DNA of 40,478 nucleotides, taken from NCBI RefSeq assembly GCF_004010195.1, contig NC_057754.1:6807461-6847938 (forward strand), given 5' to 3'. Below the pieces are notes generated by a model. That model was not told where the DNA came from. It did not search any database and worked only from the letters and a program-made list of their open reading frames with translations. Below, piece by piece: positions 23,271-34,305 of this stretch (the first letter of the stretch is position 1; every line of letters begins with the position of its first letter). The stretch is from Chiloscyllium plagiosum (taxonomy: Eukaryota). The translations under genes were made by a program, and so were the position numbers.

Positions 23271-23794
23271 TCTCGTCATGGCGATGGTCATTGCCCAGCA
23301 TTTGTGTGGCGCCAGTGTTTCTCATCAGATATATTTGCCAGGTCCCATGGATTGTTCTGTTCCCGCTATTTATATTAGTCGCTCTCTCACCTCCTCATCA
23401 ATCTCTTCGGGCCGTGTCTCATCAGCCGAGGAGAACAGAACAGAAATATGACTTTTATTGTCATCATCTCCAAATATCAGCGTGTAAAATACCAAAAGCG
23501 ATAAGCTGTCACTTGCTTGAGTTCCCAGCTCAAAGCCTTCAGGCATTGTGACGAGAGCTGACAACTGCCTTTTAAGGTGAACCTCCCACCTTCCCCCACC
23601 CTTCTCTCATTGGGAGAATATTAATTTCATGTGATAAACGTTGCCTGCGATGTTCTCCTGTCAGAACATGCCAAAGAAAAGAGATTGACATTTTCATATT
23701 CACGGCTCTGTTCCAATGTCTCCTCGCTGTCCCCTGGCCTCCGAGTGAAAGTGTTAACCTCATCCACCTTGGCTTCCAGAACTCTCTTTGTGAT

Positions 23795-24049
23795 TCCCAG
23801 GATAGGGACAGCACGGGGTTAGATACAGAGTAAAGCTTCCTCTACGCTGTCCCACATCAAACACTCCCCAGGACAGGGACAGCACGGGGTTAGATACAGA
23901 GTAAAGCTACCTCTACACTGTCCCCATCAAACACTCCCAGGGGCAGGGACAGCACGGGGTTGGATACAGAGTAAAGCTCCCTCTACACTGTCTCCATCAA
24001 ACACTCCCAGGGGCAGGGGCAGGGGCAGCATGGGGTTAGATACAGAGTA
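23795..24049. repeat. About 70-bp minisatellite, same family as 591-985, running into a gap
   Basis: GGTT(A/G)GATACAGAGTA occurs four times. Confidence 0.95.
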
Positions 24050-24549
24050 NNNNNNNNNNNNNNNNNNNNNNNNNNNNNNNNNNNNNNNNNNNNNNNNNNN
24101 NNNNNNNNNNNNNNNNNNNNNNNNNNNNNNNNNNNNNNNNNNNNNNNNNNNNNNNNNNNNNNNNNNNNNNNNNNNNNNNNNNNNNNNNNNNNNNNNNNNN
24201 NNNNNNNNNNNNNNNNNNNNNNNNNNNNNNNNNNNNNNNNNNNNNNNNNNNNNNNNNNNNNNNNNNNNNNNNNNNNNNNNNNNNNNNNNNNNNNNNNNNN
24301 NNNNNNNNNNNNNNNNNNNNNNNNNNNNNNNNNNNNNNNNNNNNNNNNNNNNNNNNNNNNNNNNNNNNNNNNNNNNNNNNNNNNNNNNNNNNNNNNNNNN
24401 NNNNNNNNNNNNNNNNNNNNNNNNNNNNNNNNNNNNNNNNNNNNNNNNNNNNNNNNNNNNNNNNNNNNNNNNNNNNNNNNNNNNNNNNNNNNNNNNNNNN
24501 NNNNNNNNNNNNNNNNNNNNNNNNNNNNNNNNNNNNNNNNNNNNNNNNN
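24050..24549. other. Assembly gap (exactly 500 N)
   Basis: N run of round length. Confidence 1.
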
Positions 24550-25009
24550 TCTCAGAATCTCACATGTTTCACAAAGAATCGTTTTATATTTAAGGCGTAT
24601 AGCTGAATATTGTCTCTGTTCCCTTTTCTGAAAACCAATTCGAGTTGGAAATCATCCTACTGATCCTACACTCGGCAACCTGGTAATGAAAATTATTAAA
24701 CCAGGGAAGTCTGACCTTTGGTGGCTACACTTTAGTTACTAATAGGGTCTTTTTGGGGGGAATTTCAAAAGTTGACATCAGTATCAGGGGCAGAGGGTCC
24801 AAGAAATCAAAAATCTTGTCCAAAGTCTTTGGCATTGTCCTCAGATCAAGAATAGGCTTTTAATTTGATATACATTTGGTTTCAGTTCAAAGTAATTGTT
24901 CATTCTACCTTCAATATCTGTAATGTAACATGGCAATCTGTGATTAGCTTTAACAAAGGAGAGAAGTGATATTTGGGATTAAAGTTTCTAACCCACGATA
25001 ACAATCAGT

Positions 25010-25230
25010 TCTGGGCGCTCTGATTTCCTCCCACTGTCCAAAGATGTGCAGGTTAGGTGGATTGGTCGTGCTAAATTGCCTAGTGCACAGGGATGTGTAG
25101 GCTGGATGGATTAGCCATGGGAAATGCACAGTTACAGGGACGGGTACAGGTGGATGTTCTTTAGAGGATAGGTGTGTTGTGGTTGGGCCGAATGGCCTGT
25201 TTCTGCACTGTAGGGATTCTATGATTCTAT
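25010..25230 (+). mobile_element. HE1-like SINE, 5'-truncated
   Basis: TTTCCTCCCACTGTCCAAAGATGTGCAGGTTAGG..GGGCCGAATGGCCTG..GATTCTATGATTCTAT. Confidence 0.85.
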
Positions 25231-25550
25231 CTTACAAGATAGAATAAGCTCGAAATGTTTTCAGAATAAATCTCTGGAGCGTTAATTTTCCACTCACCCT
25301 CAGTCAGTGTAGGAGGAGGGATTTTAAATTGACCTCACCATCTGTGGCACTGGCTCTGTATGGGTAAGAGGCATGGTCGATGCGAGATCAGCTCCAGTGA
25401 CGTACAAAGTTCAGAGATGTGAGGCAGTGCAGAACAAGCATGTGGGCCACATGAAAGCTGCAAGCCCACAGATGTTTACAGGAGCAAAATGCACCCAGCC
25501 GCTCAGAACAGCTAGAAAGGCTGTCAGAAACCAAGGCTCCCCTCCTGTAT

Positions 25551-26348
25551 TGAAGCCATACTTGGTTGGATTCATTCTTACTTTATTATCTTTTAGGATC
25601 ATTCCTGGACATCACTCCATAATGTGTACATCATGATTTGTGCAGCCACTGACAGGTCTGTCTGGTTCACCATCTCTTTCGCCTTCAATCGATTTATGGT
25701 TATTTGTTGCCAGAAGCTAAAAACAAAGTATTGCACAGAGAAAACTGCAGCTGTGGTGCTTGCAACAACCTACAGTGTACTCTGTTTAAACAATATCCTC
25801 TTTTTCGTTACAGGTGATCCTGGAGAGATCATTGATAATATACCGTGGTTTTGTTCTTTAAAGTCAAGGTACCTCACTCAGCCTGGATGGCTGGGTTTTG
25901 ACTGGTTTGACATGGTTTTAACCCCATTACTCCCAAGTGCTTTAATATTGCTGCTCAATGCCTGACAGTCAGACACATTTTAAGGACCAGTCAAGTCCAG
26001 GAAGGACTGAGAGATCAGAGCAAGGGAGAGAATCACAGACACCTAGAGATAGAGAGCAGAAGGATGTCTGTGATTTTACTCTTCAACATCTCTGAAGGTT
26101 CATACTTTTTTGGATGATTCATGTCATAGAATTCTTTATATTCTAACGTTACAGGCCTGGACCCGAGGGATTATAATTATTCTGTGTACATTCTGCGATA
26201 AGTTGGATTTATGCTTCGGAACTTAAGTTGCTGTATGAGCACATTTATTTATGGAGTGACTCAATCGAAGCTCAGAGAGTGCTCCAAAAGTATGGTAAAA
26301 TATCTGTTTACATCAGTTATTCAATCAGTTAATAAACAAAACAACTGA
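25551..26348 (+). pseudogene. GPR139-like class A GPCR pseudogene (end of TM2 to C-terminus)
   Basis: Across frames it reads GSFLDITP..AATDRSVWFTISFAFNRFMVICCQKLKTKYCTEKTAAVV..PWFC..LTPLLP..LLLNA, then LTVRHIL..ESRRMSVILLF, then VGFMLRNLSCCMSTFIYGVTQSKLRE..NN*. There are at least 3 frameshifts plus in-frame stops. Confidence 0.88.
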
Positions 26349-27314
26349 AAGCATCCCAGTGTTTCACGTCGTCCGTGCAATACGTATGTTCATATTCCAA
26401 ATAGAGAGGTTACGAAGAGCAATACCCATTGTACAAGTGGAGACGCCTGGAGGACAGGGAGGAACCGAGATAACAAAAGTCACCTGAAGGGCAGAAGTGA
26501 AATCTGTCTCCTTTAGTCTTTAATCCACTCCAATGGTTAGTTTCTCAATTTCTCACATCTGTTGAAAGAAATGAAAACCTCTTAACAATGTAAGATGTTA
26601 AATCTTCCAATGTGAATCAATTGTTTATGGATTCCTGTTTTCACACGGTACAGCATCCTCCCATTCATACTCCCCATGGGTGTTCCTTGCTACCTCCCCA
26701 TGAGACAGTCTGTAGCCTTAAGTAGGCTTCGCTGTTTTCACTGTGACAAACCCCAATGCCAGACTTGAACAGGGAAACCAAACACAAGAGAGCAAGGCAT
26801 ATGGAGACTCAGCACTATGGGGAGTATGGGGACCCTTCCTGAACCCAAACTTCTCTGAAAACACTCATGGTTCTCTCTCATCAATTTTGTTCTCTTTCCT
26901 GTTAAAATCTTCCATCACGATTTCCTCTCCTAGAAGAGGAAAATCTCCAGCTTTGTGAAATACCATCCAATTTCCACCTTCCTGTTTCACTTCAAATGCA
27001 TTTGGTGTGTCTCTCCTCAAATTCATCAATATATTCCTGAACACTGTGTTTGATTCTCATTAATCAGGTTCCCCTCCTACAAAACTGAATCAATTTGTGT
27101 TAAATTCACAATTGACACCCTGTTACCATTTCAGGCATGAATTGTCTCCCTATTTGACCTGCTTTGAACTAATTAATCATTTAGAACTTAAATTGTTATT
27201 GCAGTTACAAATATTTATCATTTTACTTCCACACTGTTACCTCTATTATTGCAAGGATCTATCTCAGATCATCCTCTGGATGAATACTTAAAATGCCAGA
27301 CCATAGTAGGCTAT

Positions 27315-27489
27315 TGACCTCCATCCACCTATTGCACTCTCAGTTACCTTCTCCCCACCCCCACCCCCTCCCATTTATCTCTCCTGCCTCCATTTCTGAT
27401 GAAGGGCTCCTGCCCAAAACGTCAATTTTCCTGCTCCTCGGATGCTGCCTGACCTGCTGTGCTTTTCCAGCACCACTCTAATCTTGACT
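27315..27489 (+). mobile_element. Penelope-like terminal-repeat fragment with a hammerhead-like motif
   Basis: CTGATGAAGGGCTCCTGCCCAAAACGTCAATTTTCCTGCTCCTCGGATGCTGCCTGACCTGCTGTGCTTTTCCAGCACCAC, the same family as 35761-35975. Confidence 0.65.
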
Positions 27490-27639
27490 ATTAACCAAGC
27501 ACAGGTAAACAGGATTAGTGTGGTTTGGATTTTATTGATTGGCAAAGACACAAAGGTCCTGTGCTGTATGACTTTATGTAATGATCGCTGGTCATTGGTG
27601 ATATTTTATTCTGAGATCATTGATTAAACCTGGCTCAAT

Positions 27640-28560
27640 GTGCATAACCTTCCCTTAATACCTCCCAAAATGCATCATCCCACACTTTCCAGGATTCAAT
27701 GACATCTGCCAATGCTCTGCCAAATTTACCAGCTGACACCATCCCCCTCATTATCAACAACTCCCCCAATTTTTGTGTCATCTGTAAGCTTACTGATTAA
27801 ACATTCCGCATTCACATCAAAGTTGTTCAAGTACATACCAAGCAGCAAGGGTCCCACTGTGGATCCCTGTTGAATGCCTCTGGTCACAAGTTTCCAATTA
27901 CAAAACTTTAACCTTCCACCATCACCCTTTACCTCCCATTTGGAAGCCAATTTTGGATCCAGGTTGCCAGCTGGTTTTGGTTCCCATGGGCTCATACCTT
28001 TTGGACCAGCCTTCCATGTGGGACCGTTTGAAGTCCATGTAAACCACATGTAGTGCACCACTCAATATATTTTGTCACCTTTTCAAAACACTCAGTTAAA
28101 TTACTCAGACAGGATCTTCCTGTAAAACAATCTGTACTGAGTATCACTCATCAATCCCTGCCTTTCCAAGTGTTGATTCCTCCTGTCTAAGTAATCTCTT
28201 TTTGCAATAGTTTCCTTTCCACTGACGTTAGACTCACTGGTCTGTAATTACCTTCCTATCCCTGCTGGCCTCCTCAATCAAAGGAACCAAATTAGCTGCG
28301 TTCCATTCATCTAAGCTTCACCAGCAAAGTATTACATATATCTGCCAGGGCCCCAGCAATCTTTGCCCTTGTCGCTCAGAGCAGCCTGGGATACATTTCA
28401 TCAGGTCATTTCGATTGATGCACCTGTACTTCTGTTTAAACAACTAATACCTCCTCCTAATTAACCTTAACGTGTCCACAACCTCAACATACCAAATGAT
28501 AGCTTTGGCTGCAATGTCATTCTCCTCTGTGAATATAGATGGAGAGTTGTAATTTAAGCT
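27640..28560 (-). mobile_element. Old CR1 RT fragment
   Basis: VTRGIQQGSTVGPLLLGMYLNNFD..ISKLTDDTKIGGVVDNE (ORF 27726..28061). Confidence 0.85.
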
Positions 28561-28652
28561 CTCACCCGTGTCCACTGGTTTCAGGCACAGGTTGACCCTT
28601 TGGTTTCTAATAGGCCCCACTTGCTCCCTGGCAATTGTTTTGTGCTAACATA

Positions 28653-28811
28653 CAGCGGAACCTCGATTGTCCGGCAATCAATTAACTGAACTTCAGATTA
28701 TCCAAACAAGATCACAAGGTCCCAATGCTTGGCTGACTATGTTATCCAGCATTCTATTAAGCGAGTGAAATACTCCTGGCCCATGTCCTTCGGATAATCA
28801 GAGTTCCTCTG
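28653..28811. mobile_element. 159-bp MITE, Tc1/mariner superfamily (pogo/Tigger-like ends)
   Basis: TA|CAGCGGAACCTCGATTGTCCG ... CGGATAATCAGAGTTCCTCTG|TA: 21-bp terminal inverted repeats (16/21 match) with TA on both sides. Confidence 0.75.
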
Positions 28812-28949
28812 TACTTACAACTTAACAACGTGGTGTTTGTCTTGATTCTATCTACCAAAGACCTTTACCCTCCTAATTTCCTTTTCAAGCAACCCTCCTG
28901 CAGTCTTTATAATTTTGAAGAGCCCTGCGCTATTTACAGTGCACTGTAT

Positions 28950-29258
28950 AGATGCAGTTCTTGCCTCCAAATTTGAGGAAAGACATTCTGGCTATTGAGG
29001 GAGTGCAGCGTAGGTTCACGAGGTCAATTCCTGGAATGGCGGGATTACCTTACACTGAAAGACTGAAGCGACTGGGCTTGTATACCCTTGAGTTTAGAAG
29101 ACTGAGAGGGAATCTGATTGAGACATATAAGATTATGAAAGGATTGGACACTCTGGCTACTGATTAGGAATGATCAGCCATGATCATATTGAATGGCGGT
29201 GCAGGCTCGAAGGGCAGAATGCCCTATTCCTGTACCTATTGTCTATTGTCTATTGTAT
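28950..29258 (+). mobile_element. CR1 3' fragment (subfamily with CTATTGT tail repeats), internally deleted
   Basis: AIEGVQRRFTRSIPGMAGLPYTERLKRLGLYTLEFRRLRGNLIETYKI, with tail (CTATTGT)n. Confidence 0.88.
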
Positions 29259-29539
29259 ATTTTCTTTAGCATCTCTCAATATTCCTGGACACACTATTAG
29301 CCTTGAATTCTAGCCCTGAATTCTCACTATACTACTTTTCAAAGACTTTCACTCTCCAGATGTCGACTTACTTACAACTAACTGTTCCAAGTCGACGTTT
29401 CCCAGATCTCGTTCTAACATGGTAGAATTTACAAAACAGATGGAGAGTGAGAACTGTGGTTCAGAATCATAAAACGTTGAACTTAAATTAGAGAATTGTA
29501 ATAAATTAGCATACAGTTAGCTAAAGTGAACTGAGCACG

Positions 29540-30460
29540 TGGGTTAGCCAGAATGATGGGAAGAAAGCAATGTCAGACATTGAAGGAGTTAATTCATCAC
29601 CCTCACCAAAAATACATCTGTGTAATAGATAATAGACAATAATTGTAGGAGTAGGCCATTCTGCCCTTCGAGCCAGTACCACCATTCATTATGAACATGG
29701 CTGATCATCCTCAATCAGTATCCTATTCCTGCCTTATCCCCATAACCCTTGATTCCACTATCCTTAAGAGCTCTATCCAACTCTTTCTTGAAAGTATCCA
29801 GGGACTGGGCCTCCACAGCCTTCTGGGGCAGAGCATTCCACACACCCACCACTCTCTGGGTGAAGAGGTTCCTCCTCAACTCTGTTCTAAATGGCCTCCC
29901 CCTTATTTTTAAACTGTGTCCTCTGGTTCGTAAATGGAAAATACTCTAACACAGGAGTACACCAATTGTGGCTCACTAAGGAATTTATGGAAATCATGGT
30001 GTGGTGAAAGGAAAAACAGATCAGAAGACCAAAGTCAGTGACATTTCCACAGACTGGGAGAAATTTAATATCCAGCAATCGAGGCCTAAAGACAGAAAAA
30101 CCAAACTATGAGGATAAACTAGAGAGGAATATAAAAACTGCCAACAAAAACATATGTAAGTATATAAAACAAAAGAGAGAGGTCAGGGTAAACATAGGTC
30201 CCTTAGGAAATGAATCTGGGGAAATTATTTCGGGGAACAAGCAAATTGAAGATTGGTAAACAGATGTTTTGCATCAGCCTTTGTGGTGGAAGATACTTGG
30301 AATTTCCCATTCATGCTGAAGAGTACAGGAGAGGAATTAATCGCCATCACCATCACCAAAAAGTTATATTAAACAAACTAATTGGGCTAAATGCAGGTAG
30401 AACCCTTGGCCTTGAATGCCCTGCTTACTAGATCCTAAAAGAGGTAACTACAGGGATGAT
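29540..30460 (+). mobile_element. Old CR1 ORF2 fragment (+) interrupted by a younger CR1 tail (29625-29930, -)
   Basis: YEDKLERNIKTANKNICKYIKQKREVRVNIGPL. The inner segment is the reverse complement of the 29160-29258 tail family. Confidence 0.75.
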
Positions 30461-30465
30461 GAGTT

Positions 30466-30820
30466 GGACAGCACTGTGGTTCAGTCTCAAACACTGCTGC
30501 CTGACAGCGTTAGGGACCCGGATTCGATTCCATCCTTGGGTGACCTTGTGGAGTTTGCACATTCGCCCTGCGTCTGAGGGAGTTTCCTCTAGGTGCTTTT
30601 GCTTTATCCCACACTCCAAAAATATACAGGTTAGGGTGCATTGGCCATGCTAAATTGTCCATTGTGTCCAGACATGTCCAGGCTAGGTGCATAAGTTATG
30701 GTTAATGCAGGGTTACAGGGATAGGATAGGAGGTGCATCTGGTTGGGATGCTCTTCAGAGGGTTTGGTGTGGACTCAATGGGCCAAAGGGCCTACTTCCA
30801 CATTGTAGAGATTCTTCGAT
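30466..30820 (+). mobile_element. HE1-like SINE (diverged)
   Basis: Head with GGATTCGATTCC, core TGTGGAGTTTGCACATTC, and tail GGGCCAAAGGGCCT. Confidence 0.85.
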
Positions 30821-31097
30821 TAGACTCCCTACAGTGTGGAAACAGGCCCTTCGGCTCAACCAGTCCACAACGACCCTCCCAAGAATAACCCATTTCCCCT
30901 CTGACTAATGCACCTAAAACTCCATGCAATTTAGCCAATTCACCTAACCTGCACATCTTTGGACCGTGGGAGGAAACCCACGCAGACACGGGGAGAATGT
31001 GCAAACTCTACACAGACAGTTGCCTAAGGCTGGGATCGAACCTAGGACCCTGGTGCTGTGAGGCAGCAGTGCTAACCACTGAGCCACCGTGCCGCCC
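30818..31097 (-). mobile_element. HE1-like SINE, tail-to-tail with the previous copy
   Basis: Head GGGCGGCACGGTGGCTCAGTGG..GGTTCGATCC on -. Confidence 0.9.
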
Positions 31098-31114
31098 ATA
31101 AAGCAATGACAGAT

Positions 31115-31520
31115 AAATTGATTTCTTTAGAGCATAAGAGATTAAGGGGGAACCTTACAGAAGTGGAGAAGATCATGTGAGGCATGGGTAGGGTGAATGC
31201 ATTCAGTCATTTTCCCAGGGTTGAGGACAAGTGGACATCAGTTTAAGGTGAGAGGGGAAAGAATAAAAGGGAACCTGAGGGGCAACTTTCTTACACAGAG
31301 GGTGGTACGCAGATGGAATGAGCTGCCAGTGGAAGTGGTTGAGGCGGGTCCATTAACAACATTTAAAAGGCATTTGGACAAATATGTGGCTAGGAAAGGG
31401 TTAGAAGGATATGGGCCAAGTGCAGGGAAATAGGATTAGTGTGGATGGACATTTTGGTCAGCATGGACCAGTTTGGGCCGAAGGGCCTCTCTCCGTGCTG
31501 TAGGATTCTATGACTCTATG
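31115..31520 (+). mobile_element. CR1 3' fragment
   Basis: GHQFKVRGERIKGNLRGNFLTQRVVRRWNELPVEVVEAG, with tail GATTCTATGACTCTATG. Confidence 0.92.
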
Positions 31521-31544
31521 AATGCTTGGTTGTAACTGTTCAGA

Positions 31545-32750
31545 AATCAGGATTGGCTAAGGGGCTGGAAACAGCAAGTTAATCGAAGTTGTTATTTTTC
31601 ATGTTGGTGACCTGTGAGCAGTGAGCTTCCACAGGGATCAGTTCTGGGAACATAATTGTTCATAAGATTTATCGATGACTGTCAGGAAGGATGTGAATGC
31701 ACTGCAGCCAGATTCACAGATGTCACAAAAAAATAGCTGGAAAGGCAGATTGTGAAAGGGATACACACAGTTCACAGAGAGATATTGATCGCTTAAGGAA
31801 ACTGTCAAACAGTTGGCAAATGGAGTATAAAGTGGGAAAATATCAAGTTATTCATTTGTAAGAGAGAACGAAAGAATGGACTATAATTTAAAGGGAGAAA
31901 ATGGATCCAAGGTAGAAGACAGAGGGTGGAGGGTTGTGACCAGTGGAGTGCCACAAGGATTACTTACAGCATGGAAACAGGCCCTTCGGCTGGGCCCTCC
32001 ACTTTTAGTCATTTACATAAATGATTTGGAGGCTGGTACAATTGCAACATTTAAGAGGCATCTGGATGGGTATATGAATAGGAAGGGTTTGGAGGGATAT
32101 GGGCTGGGTGCTGGCAGGTGGGACTAGATTGGGTTGGGATATCTGGTCGGCATGGACGGGTTGGACCGAAGGGCCTGTTTCCGTGCTGTACATCTCTATG
32201 ACTCGATGACTCTAAATGTTTGCAGAAAAATGCAATACAAAGGGACAGAAAGCTGGTACACAGGAGCAGCAGGCATTCAGAAAGACTAATGGAACGTTGG
32301 CCCTGATTTCAAGGGAAATGGAGAATGGAAATTGGGAATTCTTACTGCAAATGAACAAGGTGCTGCTGAGGCCACATCTGGAGTAATGTGAGCAGGAATT
32401 GTATGATTTGATTGGAGGCATTCAGAGCTAGTTCGGATGGATGGATTATAAGTGTTGGCCAATCAGGTTTGGGCTCTCCTCACTGGAGCTTAGAAGAATG
32501 AGAGATGATCTTACTGAAACATATCGGGATTTGACGGAGCGAATACTGAGAGGATGTTGCCCCGCTTGGGACAGTCCAGGACTGGAGGGCCCCATCTTAG
32601 AATGAAAGGGCTCCAATTTAAAATTAATATGAGGAGGAATTTCCTCTCAAAGAATGTCATATGTTTTGAGCTCCCTGACATAGAGAGTTGTATGAGCAGA
32701 GTCATTTTTAACTTTTCAGGCTGAGATGGATTGATTCTTCATTAGTTGGG
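31545..32750 (+). mobile_element. Old CR1 RT/3' fragments with a nested younger chimeric CR1 piece (about 31905-32213)
   Basis: PQGSVLGT and RFTDVT-like RT remnants. The inner piece reads VTSGVPQG..YINDLE|AGTIATFKRHLD. Confidence 0.75.
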
Positions 32751-33087
32751 GCATGTTGGCTCCGAGAATTGTTGGGTCTGAAGTTTTCACAATGAAGCAG
32801 ACACGAGGCCACCAGGAAAGGTTAGTTTTAAACTTTACTGGTCAAACATTGAATATTACATAAGCAGTCAATCTCTGCTGTTTCTGCACTGCCTGTCCAG
32901 GGCTCACCTTCTGACAATTTGATATTCACTCTCACCCCCCAACCCCCTTGGTTTCCCTCCAGTCAGTTCACTCAAGCATCAGCTTGCCATTTTAATGACC
33001 AGCCCCTCTTGTTTCTGGAACCGTCTGTCTGTTGGCTTTCCACACGTGCTCAGTCTTTTACTTCCTGATGACTTTCCCTCCCTCACG

Positions 33088-33171
33088 CGACACACAAACA
33101 CACACGCACACACACAAACAGACGCACTCACAGACACACACAGATACTCACACACACACTCAGACACACAC
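33088..33171. repeat. (CA)n microsatellite running into a gap
   Basis: CA repeats. Confidence 0.9.
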
Positions 33172-33724
33172 NNNNNNNNNNNNNNNNNNNNNNNNNNNNN
33201 NNNNNNNNNNNNNNNNNNNNNNNNNNNNNNNNNNNNNNNNNNNNNNNNNNNNNNNNNNNNNNNNNNNNNNNNNNNNNNNNNNNNNNNNNNNNNNNNNNNN
33301 NNNNNNNNNNNNNNNNNNNNNNNNNNNNNNNNNNNNNNNNNNNNNNNNNNNNNNNNNNNNNNNNNNNNNNNNNNNNNNNNNNNNNNNNNNNNNNNNNNNN
33401 NNNNNNNNNNNNNNNNNNNNNNNNNNNNNNNNNNNNNNNNNNNNNNNNNNNNNNNNNNNNNNNNNNNNNNNNNNNNNNNNNNNNNNNNNNNNNNNNNNNN
33501 NNNNNNNNNNNNNNNNNNNNNNNNNNNNNNNNNNNNNNNNNNNNNNNNNNNNNNNNNNNNNNNNNNNNNNNNNNNNNNNNNNNNNNNNNNNNNNNNNNNN
33601 NNNNNNNNNNNNNNNNNNNNNNNNNNNNNNNNNNNNNNNNNNNNNNNNNNNNNNNNNNNNNNNNNNNNNNNNNNNNNNNNNNNNNNNNNNNNNNNNNNNN
33701 NNNNNNNNNNNNNNNNNNNNNNNN
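33172..33724. other. Assembly gap (553 N)
   Basis: N run. Confidence 1.
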
Positions 33725-33938
33725 TGTGGAGTTTGCACATTCTCCCCCTGTCTGCGTGGGTTTCCTCCGGGTGCTCCGGTTTCCACCCACATTCCAAAGA
33801 TGTGCAGGTCAGGGTGGATTGGCCGTGCTAAATTGTCCATAGTGTTAGGTGTAGGGGGGTGGGTTACTCTTCGGAGGGTTGGTGTGGACTGGTTGGGCCG
33901 AAGGGCCTGTTTCCACACTGTAGGGAATCGAGTCTAAT
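33725..33938 (+). mobile_element. HE1-like SINE (head lost in gap)
   Basis: Core TGTGGAGTTTGCACATTCTCCCC through tail GGGCCGAAGGGCCTGTTTCCACACTGTAG. Confidence 0.9.
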
Positions 33939-34305
33939 CACACTCACCCAATCCAGTGACATGCGCAATATAAATTCAGCTGCATATGTTGTGCTTTAAA
34001 CCTAATCAAAGTTTCTGCCACAGGGCACCAAACTTGATAGGGAAATCACAGGAGTATCCGAGAATTGGAAAATTCCTAATTTGACACCCCTAACCAAAAA
34101 GGGAGGGAGGCAAAACATAGTTCAAAAAAGACTGATTGGGCTTATTCTTGGAAAAGTATTATCAATTATTAAAGAGCTGAATGTTTGGTAAGTCATAATC
34201 TAATCACATCACGCAGAGTCAGTGAGATCGATGCAGACTCGATTTGTTGAATGGCCACTTTCCGTGCTGTAGGGATTTCATGATGCAGGGTGACGCTCTC
34301 TTTGT

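Noticed and set aside
32754..33085. Possible LTR starting TGTTGG
   Set aside because: No matching end, TSD or second copy is visible before the CA repeat and gap.
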